From positions 2,604,001 through 2,668,000 of the forward strand of contig NC_089436.1 of NCBI RefSeq assembly GCF_026210795.1: a stretch of DNA of 64,000 bases. Reading direction: 5' to 3'. Shown here one piece after another: positions 1 through 12,800 of the stretch (its first letter is position 1; every line of letters begins with the position of its first letter). The notes beneath the pieces were generated by a model. The model did not search any database and was not told the origin of the DNA. It worked only from the letters and a program-made list of their open reading frames with translations. This stretch comes from Rhizophagus irregularis (lineage: Eukaryota). The position numbers were made by a program, and so were the translations under genes.

Positions 1-511
1 GAAAAAAGTAGTAAAAGTGAAAATTTTATTACATAATTTCAACTACACTTTTTGTTAAACTTCTTTATATAGGGAGACGACTGGTTTAAGCATATAAAAT
101 ATAAAAGTTAAGCTGAAAAAAAGAAAAAAGCAACGGAAGTTGCATTAGGTCCTAAATTACAAAATAAAATTTCTACGATATAGTATTTAATAATTATTTA
201 AATTTAATGCTTTGGGATCTTTCAAATATAGCGATAACTATTTTGTAAAAATTTTAGTCTATATTCACTTTCGAATATTTATCTTAGTTTACATTATAAT
301 TTGTAAAAAAAAAAATATTATACTGTATTTTGTTTTTATTTGTTTAATTAAATATTGTATAAATTCATGATTTATATATGTGTGTATATATATGATAAAC
401 TATTAGGAAGAAGTATCGTAATAAATAATAAATAAATAATATTTGATTTTTATATAATTATTTTATGCTAAATCTAAACTTTTATTTACGAATATGCTAA
501 GAGCCTAAGAC

Positions 512-2639
512 TTAATCATAGACACCTACTCCCAATTTCTTTAATAAATTGATTGCTTTAATATTATCTTGTAAAGCAGCTTTTCTTAACCATTTAATTC
601 CTTCAACTTCATCTTTTGGAGTATTACATTTTCCTTTATAATATATATCACCCAAATTAAATTGTGCAGTGGGATTATTTCCTTCATTAGCAGCTTTTTT
701 AATGTATTCCATAAATATTTTTTGATTTTCTTCTTTATCAAGAAATTGTTTAAAAGTAAAAGCATAACGTAATTGAGCATCAGAATTTCCTTCATCAGCT
801 GCTTCTTTAAGTAATTTTTTACCTTCTTCTTCACGTCCTTTAATATCATTAAGAAGTCCATCCCATAAATAACGACCTTTCCAATATTTTGCTGTCGTAT
901 TCTTATTTTCTGCATGAAATTCAAAACATTCCCACGCTTTTTCATGTTCTTTATTTTCAAAAGCTCTTATTCCTTCTTCTAATGTAATTACCGGTTTTAT
1001 AATAACAGGACTAATTTCCTCATCTGGTAATTCTAAATCATCAATACCATCTTTTGATCCATCTAAATCCAAGGTTTTATCAGGGAGTAAACCTAGTGAA
1101 TTATCTTCAAACATATAACTAATAGAAGTATATAATTCTTCTAACAAATCTAATAATTTCATAAAAGGAATACGTTCATGCGGATTTTGCTTCCAAGCTA
1201 TAAATATAAAATCGATAATTAAAATACAATACATCGTAATGTTTGTCTAAAAATAATAATAATAATAATAATAATAATTTTTACTTACTGTCACTTATAA
1301 TATTTTTATATTCATTTTGATAATTTTCAGGAATTGAAGACCCAAATGTAATTTTTTCTCTACCACTTTTAGTAACATGATCCACAATTCTTTCTATTTC
1401 CCAACCCTGATATGGAACTTTTTCAAATGTAAGTTCCCAAAGTAACATACCAAAACTAAAAATTTCGCATTGTGTTGTATAAGGTTTATTGTTTAATTTT
1501 TCGGGAGCCATCCAACGTAATATATCTCCTATCGTTTGATCCATAGTAGTAGTTTTCCAATCAAAAGAACGTGCTAACTCAAAATTATAAATTTTAGGTT
1601 CTAAACTTTCTGTCATTAAAATATTTTCACATCTCAAATCATGATGTAAAATGTCAACATGTTGTAAGAATATAAGGCCACGACAAATTTCAAGAGCAAT
1701 TCGAACTTTATAATGCCATTTGATATCTTTAACTTCATAAAGTTCTTTCAAAGTTCCACGATCAGCCCACTCAAAAATCATAACATTACGTTTTTCAATT
1801 GATGAAATACCATAAAATTTAAGAATACGTTTACATCCAACAGATAATTTCATTAAAATTTCAAGAAGTCTTTGTGTCTTTTGACTCGGTTCAATTTCAT
1901 CCTCAGTAAATTTACAAGCTACATCTTGTCCTTGATAAATTTTCTTAATAATATATTTAGGTTCTTTACCACGTTTATCATCAGGTTTTCCTCGTATAGG
2001 TTGTAATAATTGTTTTGAATCAATCTTACTTACGCCTTGTAAAATTTTATCAGTTTTATCATTTTCATCATCTATATGACTCTTCATATGCTTTATTTCA
2101 TCATAAATAGTATCCAATTTACTATCAATTTCTTCAAAATATTTGGACATATATTTAGACATTTCATCCAAATCTTCTTTTAAGGCTGCATCATCAATTC
2201 TTCTCTGTTCTTCACTAGCAACTGCCATAGTAAAATTTAAATCTTTCATAGCATTATCATAATCATTTGTGAGTTTATCAAATTTATTCTTAATTTTATA
2301 AGCTTTTGCATATTTCTTAATACCCTGAATATTTGAAATATCAGAGACAAATTCTTTAATTTCTTTTAAAACATATATAAATCTATTAAAAGCTTTATAA
2401 TATTCTTCATTACGAAATTTACTTTCATTTTTTTGTTTTCTACTTTGTAATGTATTAATAGCATTATTAGCCAATATCATTCGTTCCACTAAAACATCAC
2501 AAATCTTTCTATTATATTCTGCTGTTTCATAAATATCTATGATTTCACTGATTAATCCTGTAGCTACAGTAATTAATGGTAAATATGGACTTATAGCTTC
2601 TCCTATTAAATTTAAAGCAAATTGAGTTTTAGAATTCAT
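512..2639 (-). CDS. MLKL-like N-terminal helical domain + pseudokinase + Sel1-like repeats (~678 aa, 2 exons)
   Basis: Exons 2639-1289 and 1197-512 are joined by a GT-AG intron (1288-1198) in frame (ISD-T-WKQNP). The helical N-terminus (LISEIIDIYETAEYNRKICDVLVERM) resembles the MLKL N-terminal domain. Kinase fold has VACK, HHDLRCEN, NFE (in place of DFG) and WMAPE. C-terminal Sel1 repeats (AQFNLGDIYYKG...EGIKWLRKAALQDN). Confidence 0.88.
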
Positions 2640-3139
2640 CCTTCTAATTTGAAAAAATTAAATATTATAATATATAATTTTTTTTCTATTCAATTTCCGG
2701 TAAAAAAAAAATATTCAAAAAAAATTTTAGTGAAAACCGGTCATTTTATACTTTTTTTTGCGTTAAAAAAAAATTTTTTTTTTTGTTCAACAGTTCCTCT
2801 TTCATGGAGTATTTTCTCCGATAATTTCAAATGAAAAATGGTTACAAAAAATAATTGTACGACTAATTACCCGCAGTTATTTACAAAATAAATTAGCCCA
2901 ATTTGGAATTGGAAACAATGATCAGATTATAAAGCATGGGCCTAATTTGGAATTAAGACAACGATCAAGATCAGAGATTTGATGATTGGCGGGGTTTTAA
3001 TTCCTTTTACTAATTGAAGTAAATACTACCATAATTGACTGTTTTAGCAGTAATAAAAAAAACTTCTATAGTAATACACTTATTTTTTGGTCCGTATATT
3101 TTTTATCATTTTTGTTTCTCAAAAAAGAATAAAAGTATT

Positions 3140-3921
3140 TTTTTAATTTTTTATTGTTAGAATACGTCATTTTCATTTTTATCTTAGTGTTGTCATTTTA
3201 ACAATCTTATTTATATCTAAAGCTCTTTGGATCTATATAAGGTATAATATCAAATAAATATATTGCATCATTAGATTCCGTTGATGGTAATACTTTTTTA
3301 ATATAAAATATAATGATTAATATATATTATTTGCATAAAATAATTAATTTATACCGGATTTTGATGAATAAGTAAATATAAAACGGCACTTACCAATTGT
3401 AAAGCCAAGTTTAGCATATCAGTTCATTAAAATGCTCGTTAAAAATAATAATGTGCCATTATCAACGTATTCTATAACTAAAAAGTACTTATTCATTTGA
3501 ACTATACCTGAAAATTGTATAAACATCAAATAATTTAATAATTATTCCACACTATAACGTACAATATATTGTACTATAGCATACTCAAAAAGTAGTAATA
3601 TGAAATATTTTCTTGCATTGACCTTCTATCGTTGAAACACCATAGAATTGTAAAATAATTTTATGTTCAATATTATGAAATCATTCTAACTAATAATATA
3701 AAACAAGCATTAAAGATAAATTAGTTTTAATTTCTTAAAATTTAGAATATTTATATACTGTACCTCCAATTACTCTGAATTCAAAACAAAAAAATTCATT
3801 TTCAAATTTAGCGCGGAAGAAATTTCATTCTACTATCGAATAAATTTCTTTGAAGTCCGAATATTCATAGCATCTGATTTCTTTTTCAATAATGAAATTT
3901 TCTAATAAATTATTACTGCCA
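3140..3921 (-). pseudogene. Degraded tyrosine-kinase-like protein kinase relic
   Basis: Fragments LLENFIIEKEIRCYEYSDFKEIYSIVE*, LE*FHNIEHKIILQFYGVS, NKYFLVIEYVDNGTL and LNLALQLVSAV resemble the kinase modules at 11-13.8 kb, with in-frame stops and frameshifts. Boundaries approximate. Confidence 0.75.
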
Positions 3922-4849
3922 TTTGTTCCGTAAACTTGTCCCTCTTTTGCTTAAGTACTAATGTTTTTAAAGATTTTAAAAGAAACTATTTTTTCGGTTT
4001 AAATTGAGCTTTTTTAAATGCTTTTGGCTCTTGTGTATGACTATAAGATCATTTTGTTGATTTTTCTTTTATGACGTGAGTGTTGCAATTTAAAGTTTAT
4101 TTTAAAAAAATTAATTCTTACCAAATATATAATAATAATATACTAATAATATTTGTAATATATGTACAGTACTTAAAAGTATTTCCCAAATGTATTTTTT
4201 TCAGAAGCAAAAAGCAATATAGTACAGCAGACTATGCCGACTAAATAATTATATTACAGAATTCCAGTAACAAATCCGGTAGAATGATATTCACAAAATT
4301 TAGATTCCATTAATTAATTTCATTTCGAACACTGTACATCAGAAATCTTTGAGCAATAAATTCAACTTTACTAAGAATTGAAGAGTCTCCAGAAATCAAA
4401 AGATTACTCGAAAAGTAGAAGAAAAAATTTCGGAATTTAAAAAAAAAAATGTTTTACGCGCAATAGCGTACATACATAAAACCTTAGATTGTTATAATTT
4501 TATAATTTTGGTAAAAAAAAAGATATGAAAAACAAAAATAACTGAAAACTTAAATATTTTAATATTTGAAACAATCATGAAAACCGATTTTCTCTTTAAA
4601 AAAAATAAATAATGGAATTATGTTATATTTTAATTTTATTATTAATTATTTTTTTTTTTTACTTTATATTAAAGGAAACACTAATTATTTAAACTTATAA
4701 TAAATTGTATTACGTGTTTAAAAATCAGTTAAATTCAAAATAACATTTACGCATAAGCTCGAGCCAAGTTGATAATTTAATTATTTATTAATCTTCCTAT
4801 TACTTTAAATCAAGTTTTTACTTTTTAAATTTTCAGTTGTTTCGAACAA

Positions 4850-6425
4850 TGCTTCTGATTTTGGTGAATTGATATTTTTATTCACAATATCATGTTATTA
4901 CATCATTTTGTACCGTTTTATGATTTCTCAGTAAATATAACTACCAAGCCCGTTCCTTTGACAAAAATACGGAGAAAACCCGAAAATAAAAAAGGATAAC
5001 CGCGAATAAAAAATTGAAATGTTATTCCACATTCTAAAAATTCGACTCTCTAGAATTGATAAAAGTTGATTGAATTTTTTTACCTTGTCGACTTCACGAC
5101 TTTTAAAACAGTTTGATATACTATTCAATAAGAAATCCCGCACGCGTAACATGTAAACAAAAAAAAAAATGAAATTTTTTCCAATCTAGCTTATATATAC
5201 GGTAAATGAAATAATTATTAATGGAGTTTAAATCTTATTCAAGTTAAAAAACATAATTACGTGACTCCTTTATGGTGATAATTAGTCCGAAGTGTAATGA
5301 AGGACTATTATTATTACGAAAGATGATACAAAAGTTATGTTACGTAAGCGGACAAAATGGCACTTTGGATTGTACATCATACCGATTTCCTACGTATTGT
5401 TTCACTTATTTTGAAATCCAGAAGAAATTTTTTTCGGTATTTTTAACATATATCGAAGTTTTTAAAATTGGTTGAAATTTATGGAGGAAAAAGTTCTAAA
5501 ATGTCACTTTTTTAAACGACAATTTTATTAATGTATATAATAAAATACATAAAAAAGATATTTTCTATGCGTCCGTAACAATAATTTAAAAGATTATTAT
5601 TATTATTATTAGTATAAATAATTGGTCTTTGTTTAGGTTCTTGATCCCAACATTTTATGTAAAGTTCTTCATATTCTTTAGGTGTCTCGGGAATTGGGAT
5701 TTCACGTTTTCCAGCACAAATCAGTGCAACCTTTTCATTTTCTGTAAGACAATCTTCAAATGGAGGACATCCACTAGAAATTTCCCACATTAATACACCA
5801 AAGCTATAAATATCTGAAGATTTTGTATATGGAAATTTAGAATCTAAAATTCTTTTAGGTTCTACATAAGCTATATTACCAAAATTGCCTATATAAGCCG
5901 AACTTTGATTTTGAATCTTCGAAATACCAAAATCTATTATTTTGGCATTATTTTCATGGATAACTATATTTTTAGAATGCTAAAAAAAAATAAATTATTT
6001 AAAATAAATTATTAATGATAATTACATGACCAGATGATTTAGTAGATTGCTGGTAACTTCTCAGTTTACTATGAGAAACGAATTTGACTACTTTATAGCA
6101 AATTTTTAATCTTCGCCGTAAACTGTGAAGTCTGATAACATGTAAAAGTGTAATACTATTATAAATACTTACCAGGTCTCTATGTAAAACATTTTCATTA
6201 TGTAAGTAATTTAATCCATCTGCAATTTGAAATGCCAATCTTTTTTTATCTTCCCAAGTTAGTTTTTTAAAATTATCTTTAAGATAATTTCGAAGGTCAC
6301 CACCATTAGCATATTGCATAACAAGTAAGTATTCTTTTGTCGTAACGTCTAAATAAAGTAAATTATTATAAAATAAATATTTTCAAATTTCAATTAAAAA
6401 AAAAATGGTTTAAATTAATTACCTT
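4850..6425. repeat. Local direct duplicate of ~8720-10800 (3' kinase exons plus downstream flank)
   Basis: Near-identical exons and introns (5620-6425 vs 10015-10800) and alignable flanks (e.g. ttgtcgactt; aattagtccgaagtg-aatgaaggactatt). Confidence 0.85.
5512..6425 (-). pseudogene. 5'-truncated copy of the third kinase domain of the 9.8-13.8 kb gene
   Basis: Encodes [13 protein letters not shown]...LHRDL / [18 protein letters not shown]...WEISSG...RPII. It lacks the N-lobe exon, and a deletion after RPII runs into an (AAT)n tract. Confidence 0.75.
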
Positions 6426-7330
6426 GGACCAATCAAACGCTCAGATGAATAAGGTTTAGTAAATATAGCGCCCAAAATCTAAAAGTAGGAGAAAATTTCG
6501 TAAAAAAATAATTCTAATCATGTGATCTATAATTTACCGTGCGTTTTTTCCCATAGTATAGCGAACGTTTTTAAATTTTTTTCATTAGAAACGAGAAATT
6601 TTTTCTCTTTTTGTAAGAATGGTTTTCTTGAAAAATTCGTCTTTTCGTAAAATCAAAGTTTTGGTTTCATCAAAAAATTTGTTTTTTCCTTATTTAAATA
6701 TACGGTAGTTACTTATTAGTATAATTATGATTGATAAAAAAAAACTTTTTGAAAAAAGAAAAAAATTCTCACAATGTATTTTTTTTTCAAATAAAAGAAA
6801 AACTTTTGCGGCAAGGAACTTTTTTAATAAAAAAGCAAAGTGTCAACTATTATGATTTGATAGAAACTAAATTTATCGATCCAAATTCTGGCATGGAATT
6901 TGGGGCATTCAAAGAAATGATAGAAAATGATATGCTTAGAAATTTACTTTTATTAAAATAGTGGCATTGAAACAAATGTGGTTAGTTATCTAATAATTTA
7001 TTTTTGAATGTTTTTTAATTTAATTATGATTAATTTTTATCTTCTTGCAAAAGAAAATTATCATTATTTCATTTTAATAAACTTTATATAAGAATCATTC
7101 ATGTTTCAGTATTTATTATCAAAACATCAAAATTGAAACATAATTTTACGATATAAGGGCTTCTCGATAATCTATTTCTTGTTTTTTATATGAAATTTAT
7201 AAATCGTGGTGTTCAACACCACAGTTATATGATTTATTTATTTTTTTTATTTGCTACTCTAACTTTTTATTCTATATTATTAATAGTCTAGCTGAGCTGA
7301 TTCTATTAATTTAAAGGAGAATTTGTATTT

Positions 7331-8436
7331 TACGCACCATGCTTATAATGCACCCATGCGCAGTTTTTTTTATGTGCATGATAAAAAAATTTATACACGA
7401 TCTGATGTCCCATGTTGATAACGCAGTAAAAATTTTGTACAACCTTTTAGACTATTTTGATCAACAATTAAACTATTTTTATTCCCACACTCTCTCTTCG
7501 CTATTTCCTTCCCTTTTTTCATCAAATACTACTAATATGAGTGATCCAGATTCTTTTTCAAACGATGATGAATTTTTTACCAATGATTTTACTACCAGAT
7601 GACAGATGATAATTTTAACTTTAATGGTAATCAATATGTTTCTCTTAAAAAGCAACAATTATATTATGTTAATATACGGGGATTGACTAATAGCAGATTG
7701 CTTGCAAGAGTTGTAACGAATCTTTTATTATTTTACTTGAAGAGTATATTAACAAAAAAAAATAGGGTTTACAATCTGTATCAAACCATAATATAGATAC
7801 GCAAGAAGTAGATCAAGAAAATGTTATTTCAATTGGAAATCCTATAATTCGACGTCCTAAAGGAAGACCACCTGGAACTGCGAGGTTTAAGGGACCTTTA
7901 CAAACTTTCAACTCAACCCAATGAAGCTCCTACAAGTCGAAATGTGGCTTATGCAGTAAGAATGGTCACAATCTTGCTACTTGTCCAATGAATCATCGGA
8001 AAAAAAGAAGTAATGAAGTTTTGAACTAGATGTATAACATTGAATTTAATAGGGTAAGTGTTTAAGTTAGAAGCGTTAGATTTGGAGTTGCGTTAGGATT
8101 AGGGTTAGGATTAGGTTAGGTTAGGATTAGGTTGGTTTATTTAGAGGATTGAAACAATGCTTTTTAACTCAATTATTTTATCAATTTTGTAGGTGCGTTT
8201 ATTTAAGTCCAAATTTACACAAAGATAATCTTTATTTATGAAAATTATTCTATGCATGTTTTTTTAATTATATTTACATGAGAATTTATAAAATATTATA
8301 TAGGGTGCGCACAAAATAATATACGCGTCACCATTAATTTGTAATAAATTTGTTAATTTTTATACCACGCGTAAAAGTAATAAGACTTTAAAATTTTATA
8401 TAATTTATGCGCCCCTGCATTTTGCGCAGGTGCGTA
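7331..8436 (+). mobile_element. Internally deleted Mutator-like (MULE) DNA transposon remnant
   Basis: 7802-8029 reads QEVDQENVISIGNPIIRRPKGRPPGTARFKG...*...KCGLCSKNGHNLATCP (KGRP motif plus CX2CX4HX4C knuckle, typical of MULE transposase C-termini) with a stop. Degenerate inverted ends: tacgcacc..tgc..aatgca (7331) and tgcatt..gca..ggtgcgta (to 8436). No TSD resolved. Confidence 0.6.
8093..8135 (+). repeat. Telomere-like degenerate TTAGG(G/A) tract
   Basis: ttaggattagggttaggattaggttaggttaggattaggttgg. Confidence 0.8.
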
Positions 8437-9813
8437 GGAATTTAAAGTAAAAAAATGTTGCAACATATACTTCACTTATATTTTTATGTTTTTTAATTTT
8501 TTTATTTTTTTTTATTTTGCAAAATTTCTAGTGCAAAAAAAAATAGTATTATTCAAATCCTTTTTTCTGACCATTTTCAAGGGTGCTGGGCAATTTTAAT
8601 TAGTACAACTTGTTTAGTTTAGGCTATAGTTTTTGTGAAATCACATACTATGGCTAGTGATGTGTTTTAGTAAAGTCGTTTATTATTATAGTTTTTTAGA
8701 ACATAATTTGAATACTTTGCTTCTGATTTTGATAAAGTGATATTTTAATTATTAACCAATATGTAAAATTTTTATTTCAAAATATCCTGTTCTAGATATT
8801 CTAAATCATTTTGTTACCCCTTTACAATTTCCAGTAAATATAACTAATCCGCCGGTTTATTGAAAACCCGAAAATAAAAAGGATAATAATGATGGTGAAC
8901 GAATAAAAATAATGGATAAGATTGAGTTAATTGAATTTTTTGCCTTGTCGACTTTTAAAAAAGTTTGATATACTAATCGATAAGAAATTCCGCACGAATG
9001 ACATGTAAACAAAAAAATTTTTTGAAAAAGTAAATGAAATAATTAAAAAAAAAGAGTTATTAATGGAGTTTAAATCTTATGTTATTACGCGATTCTTTGT
9101 GGTGATAACAGATAATTAGTCCGAAGTGCAATGAAGGACTATTATTCCGAAAAATGATACAAAAGTTATGCATCCTTAAGTAATCGGACAAAATGGCACT
9201 TCGAATTTTATAATGATCTTCGTTTCCTACGTAATATTATGTAATGCCTCACTGTTTTGATAATTCAGAAGAAACTGTCTTTCGGCATTTTTAACATTTA
9301 TCGAAGTTTTAAGCAATTAGGAAAAAGTTCTAAAAAAAAATTTTTAAACGTATATTCCCAATTATACAAGATTAATTATGGATAAAAAACTTTTTATATA
9401 TGATGTTAGTTTACTAATCACGTTTTACTAATTTGTTTCTGTGCGTCTGTAACAACAATAAAAAGATTATTATTGTTTGTTATTGTTCGGGATTTTACTG
9501 ACCGATATTTTTATGAGACATCCAATACTTCATCCAATATTGAAATTAGTAGCATTGATTCCTATTGGTCATTCCTAATGACCGACAAGTTATTGCCTAC
9601 GATTTCTCAACTTCCCACGGGTATTGCCATATCTATTCTCCATCCAATAAAACTATTTATTATAAATAATTTATTTTACTGACATATTTAAATATTTCGT
9701 AATTATTTTTCATGAACTAATAAATAAAAGGTTATAATATACAGTAAATCATACAAATTATTAGTCAATAATTAAAAATAAAGAAGTTGAATTATAAATT
9801 AAATTTAAAAAAC

Positions 9814-12800
9814 TTACGACAGATATAAAGATGAAGTTGATTTTACAGCTTGTGAATTATCTGTAATTAATGTTTATCATAAATTAATATATACTCATTT
9901 AAAATTGAGTATAAAAAACAAAAATATTTATCATTATATTTATACCTTCAATTATTTTATTTTTAACATTAACTCCAAACCCCATTTTTTCAAATTCTTC
10001 AAGTACTTTGCTAATAATTGGTCTTTGTTTAGGTTCTTGATCCCAACATTTTATGTAAAGTTCTTCATATTCTATAGAAGTCTCGGGAATTGGAATTTCC
10101 CGTTTTCCTGCACAAATAAGTGCAACTTTTTCATTTTCTGTGACGCAATCTTTAAATGGAGGACATCCACTAGAAATTTCCCACATTAATACACCAAAGC
10201 TATAAATATCTGAAGATTTGGTATATGGAAATTTGGAATCTAAAATTCTTTTAGGTTCTACATAAGCTATATTACCAAAATTGCCTATATAAGCCGAACT
10301 TTGATTTTGAATCTTCGAAATACCAAAATCTATTATTTTAGCATTATTTTCATGGATAACTATATTTTTAGAATGCTAAAAAAAAAAAAATTATTTATGA
10401 TAATTACATGACCAGATGATTTAGTAAAATTGCTGATAACTTCTCAGTTTACTATGAGAAACGAATTTGACCACTTTGCAGCAAATTTTTAATCTTCACC
10501 GTAAACTGTGAAGTCTGTTAACCTGTAACACTATTATAAATACTTACCAGGTCTCTGTGTAAAACATTTTCATTATGTAAGTAATTTAATCCATCTGCAA
10601 TTTGAAATGCTAATCTTTTTTTATCTCCCCAAGTTAGTTTTTTAAAATTATCTTTAAGATAATTTCGAAGGTCACCACCATTAGCATATTGCATGACAAG
10701 TAAATATTCTTTTGTCATAACGTCTGAAATAAAGTAAATTATTATAAAATAAATATTTTCAAATTTCTTCAAGTAAAAAATTATTTTAAATTACCTTGGC
10801 TAATACCCAAACAACGTATGATTCTATCACAATAATCAAAATGTAAATGAATTTTTAATTCATGTATGAATGCGTTTAATATATCATCTCTAACAGCATT
10901 TGTATTGGTTAGCTTCTTATAAACAACATAGTTTCCTGTTTTGTTCCAAATAGCTTTCATAATAAGTCCAAATCCTCCCTTCTTAAAAAATTCTGGTTTC
11001 GTCAATTCATTAAATGGTATGAAATTAACAACTTTATTATTCAAGGCATTTTTAATCCATTCGGTTGCATCATCATTTAGATTATTATCTTGAAAATTAT
11101 TAGACGATCTTATCTGATTAAGAGTTGAAACAACTTGCTGCATATTTGGACGTTTTTGTGATTCATAATTCCAACATTCTAAATAAATAAATAGTTTAGT
11201 ATAGTTAGATGTTTGAATTATTGAATCAAATATTATTAATATTATTACCTGCATATAATTTAATATATTCTTCTGGAGTTCCATCAATAATTTTTTCTCT
11301 TTTTCCAGATACTATATCCAATATTAACTTCACATTATACCCTTCATCGCGGAATGGTCGATATCCACTTGAAATTTGCCATAAAAGTATGCCAATACTA
11401 TACACATTAGATGTTTTATCTAATTGGAAATTTTGATTATTAAAACTTCTTGGATCTGTATAAGGCATGATACTAAGTATATGCAATGTATTGCTGGATG
11501 ATTCTGGTATTTCTTTTGATAAACCAAAGTCTGCCAGCTTAATGCTTTTTTGATGTACAAGTATTTTATTGGCATGCTATTTATTTTATTAAATAAAAGA
11601 AAAAAAAAATTAATAATTCGGTTATTACTCGCATAAAATAATCAATTTATAAATTAAAACATAACTAGATTTTGATGAATAATATTGTTATTATGAAAAC
11701 ATGATACAGCGCTTGCCAATTGTAAAGCCAAGCTTAGCTTATCATTCCAACTAAGTTCATTAAAATGCTCATTTAAATAAGTATCTAATGTACCATTGTC
11801 AGCATATTCTAAAACTAATATGTATTTATTCATGTTCATTTGATCAACTAAAAAAGGGTAGAAAAAAAGAAAAATTATATGAAAATAAAGTAAAGTAATT
11901 AATTTAATGATGGTTTTTTGGTCATACCGTTTTCCATCTTCGTAATTCCGTAGAATTGTATAATATTCTCATGGGCAATAAACTGATGCAATTTTATCTG
12001 AGAAAATATTAAGTATATTTTACTTAATCGATGCTTCAGAATATGTTGAATGTACTGTAGGCAATTAAAGCTTTAATATATACCTCACGAACAATTTCAC
12101 AAAGAGTTGTTTCATCATTATTAAAAGATTTCAAAGCGAATAAATCGTCAATATTTTTCAAAGTAGCACGGACTATACTCCCAAATGAGCCTTTTTTTAT
12201 TGATTGGATGTTTTTGAAGTCTGAATATTCATAGAGTTTGATATCTTCATTGTCAATTGATTTTTCTAACCAATATTTATCACCAATATTATTGATGTTA
12301 TTTATTATACTTATTGGATCAAATGAATTAAATGAACTTTTTCTTGATCGAATTAATATATTTGACGAATCTGATTGAGCATGTTTTTGATTTTGTGAAT
12401 TTAGGCTGATTTCTATTTCATTAACGTCCAAATATGATTCATGATTTGATACTAATTCACTATTTAAATCCATGGTTCCCTTGCTTTCATGATTTGATAA
12501 TAATTCACTATTTAAATCCATGGTTCCCTTGCTTGATTCCGAAGTGATTGAAATTATTTCATATTCTTCTAATTGATCGTCTGCATTATTTAGTTCACAA
12601 GAAACTATGCTTGTGAGAGCTGAGAAAACATCTTGCACATTTGGACGTTCATTTGGTTCATATTTCCAACATTCTAATTAATTAAATAATTAAAATATTA
12701 AAATATTTATGATCTTTGTAAAACATAATTTACAATTATTACCTGTATATAAGGTACTATATTCAACAGGAGTTCCATCAATAATTTCTTCTCTTTTCCC

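Noticed and set aside
6731..6961. 76-aa ORF between the kinase duplicate and the MULE remnant
   Set aside because: Non-ATG start, low complexity, no recognisable motif.
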